From the NCBI GenBank assembly GCA_934757865.1, contig CAKVLS010000001.1:4027-68026 (forward strand): a stretch of 64,000 nucleotides of DNA, in the 5' to 3' direction. The translations under genes were made by a program, and so were the position numbers. This DNA comes from an uncultured Clostridia bacterium (lineage in GTDB: Bacteria; Bacillota; Clostridia; Christensenellales; UBA1242). Below are positions 1-15,000 of the stretch, piece by piece (positions within the stretch are counted from its first letter, which is position 1; each line of letters begins with the position of its first letter). The notes beneath the pieces are model-generated. The model was not told where the DNA came from and did no database searches. It was given only the letters and a program-made list of their open reading frames with translations.

Positions 1-1
1 T

Positions 2-3000
2 TCTTATGTAGAAGTTCATGCTCAAATCTCTCCAGTTACAGCAACAGTTTATGGAGATGAAAGTGCAGTAACTTACAACCTAGTTAATAACAACGGCATT
101 CTTACTGAGGCTTCTGGCACAAAGGGTAGATACCAAGCTAAACTTCCAGAAGGCGTTAACGAAGCTACTGTTATGATAGTAGTAACAGTAAAAGAATATG
201 GCTCATCAGTAAGCCTTGTATGTAATGTAACTATCAAGAGAGCAACTCAAATAAAAGAAATCACAATAGATAACCTACCTAAACGTAATGGTGTTTATGT
301 GCTTGATATGAAAGAAGATGCTACTTTCAATCTAGAGATTACTTTATCTCCAGAAAAAGTATTTATCCAAGACTTATTCTTCATGATTTATGATGAAGAA
401 ATGACTCCAATCCATACCGGCACAATCGTTACTGTCAATGGCAAAGCTATTATTTCAAAAGCAGTTTTGCAAGACGCAGACCCTAATAGTGTATTTGTAA
501 GAGTATTTGCAAAAGACAGTATGACCGGAGAAGATTCAGGTTCTGTTTATGAGACAATTTTGGTAACAATCGAGAGAGGAACTCTTGAGAGTCCATACTT
601 AATAAACTCAGCTGATGATTTGCAGGCGATTAAAAATGCCCCAACTAAACACTATATGCTGGCAAGGGATATTGATCTTAACAGCAGAAGTTGGGAACCT
701 ATCGCAAACTTCTCAGGTTCACTAAATGGTTTGTATTACAGAAAAGCCGGCGGAACTGAGATTAAAAATCAATACAAAATAACCAACCTTTCTCTAGAAT
801 CAAGCGATGGAGAATATGTTGGACTATTTGCTAACATTGAGCTTACAGGTCTTGTTATGAACCTAGATGTTAGCGTATCTAGCGTAACAATTTCTAACAA
901 TAGAAACTTAAAAGCAGTAGGTACAATAGCCGCTTATAATAACGGTATCATTGTTAACTCTACCGTTTCAATTGGTAATAACTTTGTTGTAAGTACATCT
1001 GGTAACACCGCTCTTGGTGATGATATCTTCGTTGACATCGGTGGTATGGTAGGTACTAACAATGGTTGGGTATACAACTTTGTTCCTTATATCACAGATG
1101 TATTTGGTAATTACGGCAGAGCATATACAGCTTTTGACCTAAAAGACACAAGTATTCCTGATAAATATATAGAATTTGTTGCTGGTAAAGATTCATTCTT
1201 GTACTTTGCAGAGTTATACGCTGAGGGTGATAACCCAGCACATACAGCTGAGCAAGTAGCTATAATGATAGCTGAGAGCATCAGCGAAACACCAGTTCAT
1301 GGTAGGATCCAAGTTATGGATAGTATGACTTGTCCTATCAATGTTGGTGGTCTTGTTGGTAGAAACTTGCATGTTGTTAATGGTATATTTGGACTATACA
1401 ATGTTCAAGAAGAGATTTCTGGACTAGAGTCTGGAGATGGCGGAGATAACCAATTCTTAATTGATAGCGCAATTTCAGCTACTATCAATGATGCAGGTAG
1501 AGATTTTAGCGGTACAATCTATACAGGTGGTAGAGATCTTAATAAGTCATCATCAACAATAGGTGGTATCGTAGGTCTTAATACTAAAAATGCCGATAAC
1601 GAAGAGGCTAGAGTATACAATGTTGCAACTAGTGGCAGAGTAGAAGGCTATTACAATGTAGGTGGTATAGTTGGTAAATCAACTGGAGGCATCATCAATA
1701 CAATTAGTTCTTGTGCAAGAATTAGTGGTATTAACTATGTAGGTGGTGCAGTAGGTTATGCAGACAACACAACTATTCATCTAGCAAAAGTAGAAAACTA
1801 TCAAGAAACAACAGCCGGCGGAGATATCTTAATCAAAGGTATGATATATGTTGGCGGTATTGTAGGTTATATTGATAACAACTCAACGCTTGAGTTCGCG
1901 TATAGCGTATCATTTGTAGAAGAGAGCACTTTTACAGCTGGTGGTATATCTAACCAAACAGCTGATATATATGGAATTGGCAACTACATAGAAATGTACT
2001 TTGGTGGCGTAGCTGGTTATGTAGGTGTTAATACAGAGCTTGCTTATGTATACTCAACAATGTCAATTTATATGGCTCAAACAACTAACGGAGCTTATGC
2101 CGGTGGTATAGCTGGTTCGCTAGCTTATAGAGGCAAAATCCACGACGCATATTACCTAGGTAAATTTATTCGTGTAAGCGACACATCAACAGGTGTTGTT
2201 GTAGGTAAGATTGATTCTATGGGGCTTGCAACCGTAGAAGGCGTTGAAGGAATAATCAAAAACTTCTTCAGCAACAACTCAAGAAAGAAAGTTGGTGAAG
2301 ATACTGCTGGAGTATTTAATAATGGCGAAACAACAGTTATTAACAATGTAATTCAAGCACAACAACTAGCTCCATTTAAGACAGCTGTTGCAGGTTCTGC
2401 TAACTGGAATACAACCGATACTCTTAACACAAGAAACGGCGTTGCATTCCCAATTATCAAATACACTTCTGAACTAATCAAAAAGGAAGTATTCCTTCTA
2501 AAACAAACTCCAACAGCAGTTACAGCAGCTGTTACAGAGACTCCATCTAGCGATTATAAGAAGCTACAAAGTACAGTTTTACTTCTTACATACTCTGTTA
2601 ACGAGAGTAAGAATGTATATTCTCTAAATAGCCTTCTAAAATTCACATGGTCACCAGCAAGTATTAAGAGTTCTCAATTAAGAGTAACTTCATCTAATAC
2701 TAGCGTGGTATCTGTACAAGAGGGTGGCAAAATCGTTGTTCAAGATGTTTCATCTATGGGCGGTGTAGGCTATGCAACACTTACATTTACATCAGTTTTG
2801 AACCTTAATGCATATTGCACAGTAAATATTGTTGTTGTTCCTAAGGTAACAGATGTTAAATTGTTTAACGACTCTAACTTAACACAAGATATCTTAGAGA
2901 GTTCAAGTTTGAGCATGAAGAAGGGTACAACTCAGAAGTTATTCCCAACATTCTATGACACTGACGAAAATGGCAAACTTGTAAAAGTTAACGCAAACTA

Positions 3001-6000
3001 TGGCGTTCAATATTCTTACAAGACTCCAAACGAGTATTACGATATTGATGCCGCTTCAAACATTATTAGCGCTAAGAAAGAGACTTTGACAGAGGCAGAT
3101 GCAGATTATGCTAGCCAAAAAGAATTCTATGATATCTCATTTACTTCTAAACTAACATTTACTTATTCATTCGGTAATGATATCAAAACATTCAACTACA
3201 ATCCATTTGAGTCTCAAGCTCAATCTGGTAAGAGAACATTCTCAGTAAGCATTTATACAGGTGCTACAGACCTTATTGTTAGCCCAAACTCAGAGATTGA
3301 GGTTTCTGGATACATTCCACAAAGTTTACTAATCAATCTAGTATCTGATGCTAAGATTGATGGTGTAAAAGTAGTTATCACCGATGATAACGGCAACACA
3401 ATTTATAAGAGACACGAAGCTGGTGCAACAATGCTTTATATCAACAATGTTTCATACAATATGGACATTGCTGAAGAGAGAGAAAATGCCCAAAAGATTT
3501 TGGACGAGATAGGATTTGTACTAGATATAGATGTCTTAGAGACAGAATTTTTGATGACCCCAGGTAATTTGGAGAAACTACTTAATATCCAAATTGCTGA
3601 AGGCAAAGAATACATGATTAACCCTGTTGGTTATACATTTGAGTTTAGTGCAGTAACCAATACCGAAGTATCTTGCAGTGTAAGAGTTTTGGCAGTGCCA
3701 CAAGCATTACTTCACCTTGACACAGACTACAGAGTTTTAGAGGGCTCTGAAGTTAGCGGAGAGGGCAAGACTTCTTACATCTTTGACCCAACACCTAAGA
3801 ACAAACTTGTTCCTGGTAAGTTAGGACTTATTAGCATAGATACCAATCCTGTATTTGCTGGCGTTAAATATTTCAAAGTAGAGACAAGTGCTGAGGCTAT
3901 GAAATATGTAAGCTTAGCACAACTATACAAAGACACTTCAGCTGGCGCTTCTGGATTATCATATATCTTTGGAACAAACGCTGAAAAGATTGAAAATGGT
4001 ATTATCCTAAATAGAAAATCAAATTACTTAAAGACAATTTACACTTACAAAAACGGTGTAGAAAGTGATGTTCCTATTGAAGATTCTAACAACTACAACA
4101 ACGAGATAATCAAAGTTGAACAACAATATGATTATGACGGAAATCTTTATGTAGAAATTTTGACAGCAAGCAACATATATGAGATAGAATCATTCCCAAT
4201 ATATGTAACAGCTGTATTCGCAGACGGCAGCGAGCAAAAATACACTAGAGTATTTGAAACAACTTACATTCCTGCACTTTCACTAGAAGCTACAAGAAGA
4301 TATATTGCTTTAGGTAGCAGAGTAAATGAGGACGGCGCAGAGACAAAAGATAGTATTAAGGTAACTCCAATAGTTGATGGCGATTATGACATCTCTATGG
4401 ACATTACAGTACTTAATGCTGCAGGTACTGGCGAAGGCGTTGCAGTACTTACTAACGATGGTACATTGGTACTATCAAATAACGCTCAAATGGGCGATGT
4501 AATAAGAGTTACAGCTTCATACAGCATCACTGTAGAAGGTAGATCAGAATTAGTTTCTACAAGCATTGATATTTTGGTTGTAGAGGCAGTAATTGATGAG
4601 GTAAGTATTGATAAGATAGTTGATAACAAACTATTATTTACAATTTCAAGTTCTCAACAATTACAAGCAACCCTAAAAGGTTGTGCAGATCAAGAGCAAG
4701 GCGTTTTGAGTAGACTAGCTACAACATTGTCTAGACAAATGACTGACTCAAATGCTGTTGCTTATTGGAAATATGTATATAACAATGGCGAAGTAACTAA
4801 CCTTGATAACAAAGCTCTAAGCCTTCCATTTGGCATAGATGTTAAGAAAGTTGCATCAGGAACAGGCGATAACCTAGCTAGTGTATCACTTGTAGGTTCT
4901 ACAGTTTCTGGCAGTGCTAACTTAATGTTAAAGGCTTATATGTACTATACAGATGGCGGCGAACTAAAATTTGCAGAAATGGTTGACGAAACAGCTTATT
5001 TCCCTAGCCTAATAGAAGTTCCATTTGTTGCACAAGTTATGGTAGATTCTACCGATGACTTGCCAACACCTATCTATACAGTAAGCGAACTTATGAATAT
5101 GGTAGAGGGTGGCAATTATATCTTGATGAATGACCTAGATATAACAACTCCACACACTCCAATCACTACTGCAATAGGCAGCTTAGACGGTAACAACAAG
5201 ATTATTACTATTAGCAACTTTGCATACGACACAAGCACAGACGCTATATCTAGCGGAACAATTAACTTAGGACTATTTAGCACAATTAGTGCAGGCACTG
5301 TTATTAAGAATGTAATTATTGCATTACCTAATAATAAGACCAACCCAATGATGCTTAATAGTTATACCAATATCAACTATGGTGGACTAGCAGGTATCAA
5401 CTATGGTATTGTTACTAACTGCGAAGTAATCTCTGTATATGACAAAGATACTTATAATAATGCAAAAGACAATGCTACAGATACAAGCACAGATGAATAT
5501 CTATATCCATACATTAGCTATACCAATAATATCTATACAGCAGTTCAAGTAAATGGCACTGCAGTAACAGCTAATATCGGCGGACTAATTGGTACAAATA
5601 GCGAAACAGGTGTTATCACCAATAGCCGTGTTGGCAGAAACTATGTAGAATATGTAAGTATTCAAGCAGACGACTACAATGGTACTAACCCAGACTTAAA
5701 AGTATACGAGTACACAGCTCCAATAACTATTATGAAGCTAGAAGGTACTGGTAATGTTGGTGGATTCGTAGCGGTTAACGCAGGTATTATTAGTAGTTCA
5801 TATTTCAATAATGGACAATTAGAAATATCTTCTTATGGTTCTAACTATACAAGAACTGGTGGTTTTGTAGCTATCAACAGCGGTGCTGTATATAGCTCAT
5901 ATGCAGCAGGTTGGGAAGAAGAGAGCTATATCAAACTTATAGATGCAACTTCAGACCTATACGAGACATTGCTTGCAACCAACCCAGACGGAAATATTCA

Positions 6001-9000
6001 TTACCAAGTTAAGAGTTCTCAAACTAACCCAAATAGAAAACTTGGCGGCGGTATATTCTCTAATGGTAACATTGGCGGTTTCGTATTTAACAACTCAGGA
6101 TATATCCAAAATTCATATTCAAGCATTAGACTTGACGGCGACTTTACATTTGCAGCCAATAGACAAAATATCTCTAGCAACGCAAATCTAAACGAATACG
6201 GCAACCTAAATGCTGGCGGATTTGTATTCATCAATGATGAAGATTCTCAAATCAAAACTTCTTACACAATCAGTAAGATAAAATCTAATATAAGTACTCA
6301 TGGACCATTTGTTGGTGTATCACCATCATCTGGCGATGTTCAAAACAGCGGCGAAGTAAATAAATGTTATTACCTAGTTGAGAGCGGAGAGAGTATTTAT
6401 AGCAAAGTAGACCCTGCATATGATATTTCTCAAACTAGCGACTCAGAACTTGGCGAAGATGTCGCAAGTATTGGTAACGAGTTTGTTATCAAAGATACAT
6501 TTGCTGGATTTAGCTTTGACAACTCAAACTATGTAGATGGTATGACATCTGGCGCTGTTTGGGCAATGAAGATGGTAACAAGTTCATTTGCTACTGGTTC
6601 TAATGGTCAAGATAGCTATGGCTACCCAGAAATCGTTTCTGCTAACCAAATAGCAATTTCTGTAAGAGTTCTAAAACCTAGCGCAAGCGGTGAGGGACAA
6701 GCAGATTATTCATACATTTATGCTTTGGGATACGAAAAAGGCTCAAGCATTAACCCACAAATTATCACATCTGCTACAGATTACAACAAGGTATTTGAGA
6801 GTATTCTTGGTGTAACTACTAAGGTAGAGAATGTAAATGTTAAGTATACAGGTAACATGAGACTTGTTAACAACCTTGACTTTACAAGTTTGACTCCTAT
6901 GTCAACAAGCTTCGAATATACTTCTCCAGTTAATAGCTTGTCAGTATTTGATGGAAATAACCTTTCTATCTCTAATGTACTAATAAGTGATGACTCAGAA
7001 GAAAATACCGCTTTTGGTCTATTCAAAGTATTTAACGATGTAGGTGTTAAGAATATTACACTTTCTATAAGAGGCGTTGATTCTACTAACGGTATAGCTG
7101 TTGGTGCTTTGGCAGGTCTTGCAGTAGAGAGCGATATTAACAACATCAATGTTGTAGCCGCTATAGAAGGCGCAGAAGTTTCTGGTCAAAACTATGTTGG
7201 TGGTCTTGCCGGAATAGTTGTTTCTGGTGATGATTATACAATGCATTACATTAACAACATCAACTGCAATGTTTCAGTTTTGGCAGGCTATAACGGCGGC
7301 GAAAATACTCAAATTATTAAGCCTGGTGAGATTTGGTCACTAATTTGCCCACCTGCTAAGATTAACAAATACTCAACAGACTACAACCTAAGACTTCAAT
7401 ATTTGAAGAGCAATGTTTCATATGCTGGTGGCGTTGCGGGCGTTATAGACCTTGTTCAAGCCTTCAAGAGCTCTGGTGAGGACGCTTCTACCGATAGCTT
7501 AGACAATATCAACGCAAGAGCAATCAATGTTTCTAAACTTGATATATTCTATAATCCTAGCGATGTAGAAGTTTATGAAGACAATGTAATCAGTATTGAG
7601 GCTGCATATGCTGGCGGTTTATTTGGATTCGTTGGTAATGAAACATTTATAAGAGAGGCATCTTTTGTAGCTTACGAAATGAGCGAGAAGCACTATATCA
7701 TGGCGGATATCGCTGCTGGTGGTATTACTGCTATCAACTATGGTTTTATTGACCAAACTTCTGTAAGCTTCGATAAAGAAACTCAAGCAACTCTAGATAA
7801 TCAATTAGAAAATCTAGTTAAAGGTGCAACAAGTATAACTTGGGGCAACCAAAACCTATACACAGGAGCTCCAATATACCTAGGTGGTATAGCTGGTATC
7901 AATATCGGTGGTGCAGTAAAGAACACTGGTACTATCCAAAACAGCTATAACAGAGTTGATTTGATCAATGATAAAGCAACTCGTATAGGTGGTATAGCAG
8001 GTGCTTCACACATAGGTGCATTTGTTAACGACTACACAACAGCCAATGTAAAAGGCGATTTCAATCAAGAAAATAGTTATTTTGGTGCTGTTATTGGACA
8101 ACTTTTGAACAATGAGAACAATAGATACTATTCTATTTCTCTAAGCAAAGACCAAGAGAACAAGTACAACCTAGAAATAACTAACATCACAACAGCTATT
8201 CTTTGGAATCCAGAATATTATGATGAATATAAGAAATATACCAATGATTATGGTATGAAGTATTATGAGACATATAAGTCTGGCGAACCATATAGAGAAA
8301 CAGACCCAAGATATAATCCTGCTCAACCTACAAAAGAAGCAGAAGATGGACTATATGTACGCAAAGTATCTAGTGATACCGACAATAGGGTAGTATCTAA
8401 GATAGGTAGAATAGGTGCTATCTATGGAGCTCCAACTAAGGCTGACGAAACAAACCTAAGAGCAAGTGAGCTAGAAGGTGAGAGTGGTATAAATAATAAG
8501 AATAATTATTTCAACCCATATCTATGGTATGATCACTATGTTAACAAGTTCTCAGGTTCAAGCACAGTACTTGTAGATAAGATTTACAAGAGCTTTACAG
8601 CAAGTTCAGAAGAATATGTTGACCTATATACTGGAACACAACATCACGATGTAGACAAGATAGCTGCAGGCGTGACAAATGGCGACAAGTATGAAGTTTA
8701 CAAGAATTACAAGGGTAAAGAAGACTATGCTCTAAAAGAACCTGGCAACTTGTACTACTTCCTAAACTATGACGAAAGTCAATATGTTAACAACATCTTG
8801 TCAAAAGACGAATTGTATGACCTATACACTCTAGAAGTTGGTGCTGGTTCTAATGCAAAGGATAAGGCATTCTCTAAGAGCTACTGGTCTTCAAGAATTT
8901 GGAAATTTGACGATTCTGAGAGACTTATTACTCTAAACTTTGGTTATATCCCAAGCATTGCAAGAATTTACACTGCAGAAGATTACATTAGAGAAATTAA

Positions 9001-12000
9001 CGACTCTCCAGCTTCTAAGAAGTATTACTATATCATGAACGATATTGACTTTAGTACTTTGACCGGTAACAAAGACAAAGATTCAGTTATAGTAAGAGCT
9101 AACTTTAGAGGTACAGTAACTGGTATCAAACAATATAACGAAGATAGAACTAAGAGTAGATATCCTATTCTATATAACATAGAGCTTACAGATAAGTTAA
9201 GCGGCGACTCAGGTGGTACAGAGCTTAACGAGATGGCACTATTTGTTAATACAACTAATGCATCATTCTTTAACCTAAATATTGTTCTAAAGAGTTATAA
9301 AGAAAATGTACCAGGTACAGGAACTAGTGCATTTATTAAGAAATCAGCTGTTCTTATAGCTTCTTCTAATAACACAAGCATCAATAATATACATATCGGT
9401 TACAAACTAGCTGACTTTGCAGAGGGCTTCATAACAGAAGGTCCTGGCGGTGTAAGAGTAGTAAAAAGAGACAAAGATGTAGATGACGGCGGAAATCTTG
9501 ATAGCTTCAACTCATATATCAGTGCAAACTTTGTAAAAGGCGGACAAAGTAATGTAGTAATCAATACATTTGCTACATATTTTGGTGGACTAGTTGCAGA
9601 TAGTATTTCTACTAAGATAAGAGATTGTTCATTCAATATTCCTATCCAAGCTGGATACTATAATAGACTACTTCCTGCTGATAGCGAAGTTTACCTTGGC
9701 GGACTTGTTGGTAAATTACTTGGTAGCGTAACTACTTCATTTGTAACCAAGAAAATATCTGCAAGCGCAGCTACTGATAGCAATTCAACATTTAATAATG
9801 CAAAATATGTTTATATTGGTGGCGTAATTGGTTATGGCGCAGGCGATATTAGTAATATCGGTTACGGCAGACCTAGCGGCACAAATAATGATAATGCATT
9901 TATCAAGAGTTGGAAGAGACTTGCAGACAAAAATACTGTATTAGATAGTGGGCTACTAAATGTTTACACTAATGGTACTTATAGTATTGAAGCAAGATCT
10001 AAGACATATATTGGTGGTGTAATAGGACTATCTACAATACTTATTGATACAACATCAACTCTAGTATCATCAGTTTCATCAGCATACGCTTACAATGTAA
10101 CTATAATGGTTAATATTGGTAAGTCAGTCAATGTTGGTGGTGTAATTGGTAGAAATGAAATTTCTGTTACAAACCTACAATATAGAAGTAAAAAACTAAA
10201 CACTGACTATAAAGAAGTATTTGCAACTAACTATGCAAATGATAGCCACATCATGTTAATAGATGCAAATCAAAACACTGATTCTTCAATAGGTGGTGTT
10301 ATAGGTGACAATGGTAGCGATTCTAAGATAGAAAATGCTATGAACAATGTTACAATGTATGTAAAGAATGTTAATGGCACAACTGCTAATATCGGCGGTA
10401 TCTTAGGAACTACAAAAGGTTTATCTCTATACAAGAGCGTAAACGACGCTTATGGTATTAGAGTATTACAAAAGGGCAAGACAATTAGTGGCTTAACCAC
10501 TGAGGCTAGCACAAATATTGGTGGACTAGTTGGTCAATCAACTAATAGCGACTTGAGCCTAAATTATGTTCTATCTTCTGCATATATTGAGATAGAAGAT
10601 GGAAGCAGCGGCAGAACTAATGTCGGTGGTTTAATTGGTTACGGCAACAACAGTGGAGTTATTATCTACACAGTAGTATCTTTGGGCAATATTTATATAG
10701 CAAAAGATATTATTAGTGGCGGACTAAATGCTGGTGGTATTGCTGGTCAAGTAAGAAACTTCTCAAGAAATTCAACTGGATTTGGTAATGGCGCAGTAGT
10801 TGCTTGCAACATCAACTATAGAAACATTGGTTCAAGATCAACATTTAATATTGGTCAAATCCTTGGATCAATAGGCGGTTCTACAGTTCCAGGACAAGCT
10901 AACTTTAAGGATATATATTTCAGCGAAAACTTGTTTGGCCTATATATCAATAGCTACACTGGCGGAACTGCTTACAATGTAAATATGGAAGACCTTGCAG
11001 AAAAGATCGACTTCATTGCAAAATATGTGAGAGGCGATTCTTCCGACAATATCTTTAGAGACTACTTCAAACAATTTGCTGATACTAAGACAAATATTTA
11101 TGAGAGCAGTCTAGAAAAAATTATTTACTTTGACGGCACAGATTATAAGGGCTTTGAGGGTGGTAAAATCAACCCTAAAGTTCTAGGTGATAATCCAAAT
11201 GCTGAACTTGGTTCAACTACTTACACTTATTACAAATTAACTAAAGATGTTACTACATCAACAACTATAGATAGACTTAATAAAGGTAACTTTATTGATT
11301 GCAGAGGTTATACTATCAACAATGGTAAGACATTGTCAGTATTTGCAACAATAGATAGAGAAGCCTTTGTTGTAGGATTGCTAGTAGATGGTGCTAATGC
11401 AACTTCAAAACCAGGCACAAATACTGGTATTATTGCTGATATTAATAGTGGTACACTACTTGGTTGCGGAACATCAGGTAACCTAAATACTATCGGTGGT
11501 GTTTCTGGCGGTATTGTAGGTTGTAACTATGGTAATATTATTAACTGCTTTAGTATTGCCAATATTACAATTACAACAGATGGCAGCAAAGTTGGAGGAC
11601 TTGTAGGTTTCAACTTTGGTAACATTATTACTTCTTACTATACTGGTGTTATTGACCATACAATTGATTATAGTACAGCTACAGACTTACAGATTGGCGG
11701 TTTGGTACTAACTAATACTGGTAATATTACTAATAGTTATACTATGTCTAATATATTGGATGCTGGACTTGTAAAAGCCGTTGACTCTAATGTTATAGGT
11801 GCTATATATAGTACAGCTTCTAATACAAACTTAATAAATGTATACTATGATATTAACGCATACACAGGACCTACAGTATCTTATAAAGATAAGGGTAAGA
11901 CAACTGCTCAACTATCAACTCTAGGTACTCTAACAGGTATCCCAATAGCTGGTAACTGGTTCATTGCGGACAATAATGATATCAAGAAGCTATACATGAG

Positions 12001-15000
12001 AGAAAATACTGGAGAGCTTGAGAGCAGAATTTATGTAAACTCTTCATGGTTCAACTATAGCTATAGTATTGCTAATGTTAACGGAAACATTCCTACAGTT
12101 GCTGGTATTAAGAGATTTTTGAATATGCTATATACTGGTAATGGTAGAAAAGACGATGGTCAAAAGACAAACGGCTTTATCAATCAACCATTTAGAATTA
12201 CTAACGCCGGTATGATTGAAGCATACTTTAGAACAAGTAACGGTCAAGCTGAGACAAGTTATTACATTCTTCAAAATGATATTTCATTTAAGGCTTATGA
12301 TAACTGGTCAGAAGAGTGGGAAAAGGCTGAAGGCAACAAACAAATTATCTTCACAGGCGACTTTGATGGTAATGGCAAAACTATGTATGGCATCAAATAT
12401 TCTAAATACGGAATATTTAGAGCCCTAGGTAAGAATGCTAATATTTATAACTTTACAATAACTGATGCAAATTCAGAAACAGGACTTATTGCTGGCGGTA
12501 TGATAAGTGGTGCAAAGATAAATAATGTAACCATCAATTCAGTAGCTCCAAACAATAATAACGATGGAATTTGCTCAGTAATGCCAACAAGAGCAACTTC
12601 TCTTGGTCCAAATGTATACAACAACCTATTCGTTGGTGGTACATTACTTGGTTATATGAGCGGCGGCGAAATCACTAATATTACTTTATTAGGAAGTATA
12701 GAGGTTGGTGATTCTAGAGCTGATGATTCATATTCTGGAGGACTTGTTGGTTACGCAACAGGCGGTACAATAGATATCGCTGGTAATAACCAAACAGCAG
12801 AATGTAACCCATTCGCTAATATGACATCTGTAAGTGTTTCTGGTAAAGTTGTCGGCGGATTGATTGGATATTCAGAAATTGTTGTTAAGAATTATACAAT
12901 TGATGGAACAGTTTCATTATATTCAACAAGGACTGTAGGTGGCATTATAGGTAAGCAAACTGCATCTGCTACTGCGATAACTCTTGTTGGGCTAAAAAAC
13001 TCAGAGGCTAAAATATATACAGTAAGCGGTAGTAGTATCTTAGGTGGAATCGTTGGAGAGGTAAGTACTTCTTCATATTCTGCAAAAGTTACATTGCAAT
13101 CATGTGTTGTGGAAGGTATAACTATGAGTTCTACTACTTCAACAATAGGTGGTTTAGTCGGACTTGCTGATTTTGTAGCATTTAATGCTGGATCTGTAAA
13201 AAATACAAATCTTGATGGTTACATCGTAGGCGGATATATTGGTACTTCTACTGGTTATTTAGAATTTGTAGCACAAGATAAGGGTGACTATAATGAAGGT
13301 TGTGCATTCAAGGGTAGTACTGTCGGCGGTATAGCTGGTTTAGCCGCAAATGGTACTATATCTGGTACGGCTGCGAAACCTATTAATAATAAAGCTAAAA
13401 TTACAGTAAAATCAGGAACAGTGCAAAGAGGCGGAAATATCATAGGAACTATCAATACTCTAGATAATACAACTCTTGCTGATACATCTAAAAATATTGG
13501 AATAAAAATAAGTAATATTTCTGCAGACTTGAGTAACTTTGAGTCTTCAGCATCTGGATATGTCGGAGGAATTGTTGGATATGCAAAAGCCGTTAATGGT
13601 GCTGCTGTAAGTATTTTTGATAGCACAATAAGTGGTACAGGCATTTTAAGAAGTCAAAAATATGGTGGCGTAATTGGCTATGCAACTAACCTAGTTCTTA
13701 TAAGCAATATTAAAGGTGACATTTCGTTAGTTGGACAAGTATTGAATAGTAATTTCTATTTTGTTGGTGGTATTGTTGGACTATTTGAAAATGCAACAAC
13801 AACGACAACTAACCCATATAATATTAGTAACATTTCTGGATTAAAAGTTACTATTACAGAAATTACAGATGATAGTACATCTAGTGCAAGAGGAATGGTT
13901 GGTGGTATAGTCGGTTGTACAAGTAACGCAAAAATAAATAATGTATCATTAACCGTAGATATTAGATGTGAATATCTTGCAGCATCTGACTCTTACCTAG
14001 GTGGTGTTGTTGGCTACTTAGAAAGTAAAGATAATGTTATAGCTGAAATATCTAGTGCAACTGTTACAGTAATTAACCTAAAATGCGAACAAAATGATAA
14101 TTATTTCTATGCAGTTGGTGGTATTGTAGGATATAGCACAAGTTCATCTAGCGAAGTTAAAACTTTAATTAAAAAGAGTTCAGTAATTTTGAATGACGGT
14201 GCTGTGTTAGGTAATGGCAACAAAGTTGGAGGAATAGTTGGTATTGCTAATCAAACTAAGATCGCAGACACAACAACTGTTACATCTGCAGCAACAACAC
14301 AAGCCCCATCAATAATTTCTTTCATGGCTGATGCTTCTTCTGGTGGCATTATAGGTAGCGGAACAAATATTACTCTTGATAAAACAGAGTATAAAGTAAC
14401 TGCCAATACTTCTTGTTTGCCAGTAACAATTTCATCAACTATTAAAGCTGGCGGTATGGCTGGAGAAATTGCTTTAGCAGACATCATGGATAAAAATGTG
14501 AAATTTACATCTACAGCTACAGTAAATGCTGTTTCTGCAGGTGGTGTCTTCGGCCAAATTGCTGGCGGAGATATTGACGGGGCAGTCCTTACTGTCAATG
14601 GAGAGGTCAAAGGTGCTTCTGCTATGGGATATATTGCAGCGCTTTTATATACCCAAAACGATATTTCTATCAAAAATATTAGTATTAAGAAAAATACTGA
14701 TAATAGCATAAAGAATTTCAAAATGACTTCAACTGGATTCTCAGCTTCTGTTGGTAGTTTTATAGGTCAAATAAATGTTCTTGCAAATAGAAGTGCTTTA
14801 CTAGAATCTCTTACAAATAATAATGAAAGAATTTATGATGGAGAAGATGGAAACTTGATTGCGAGATTGGGTGGCATAGTTGGCAGTACAACTGTTGCTA
14901 AGAGTGGAAAATTGACTTTGAATTCTTGCAAAAACTATGCACAATTAACACTAAAAGCATCTGAACAAAATGACACCTCAACTAAATATGCTGGAGGATT

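Noticed and set aside
13288-14721. Antisense or out-of-frame ORFs inside the giant genes, e.g. 13288-13644(-), 14251-14721(-), 22488-22940(-), 6781-7149(-), and about 25 other track entries between 2152 and 34433.
   Set aside because: Each lies wholly within a far longer, compositionally coherent ORF. They have no SD or promoter and translate to low-complexity Leu/Ser/Pro/Ile-rich strings typical of the reverse frames of repeat-coding AT-rich DNA.
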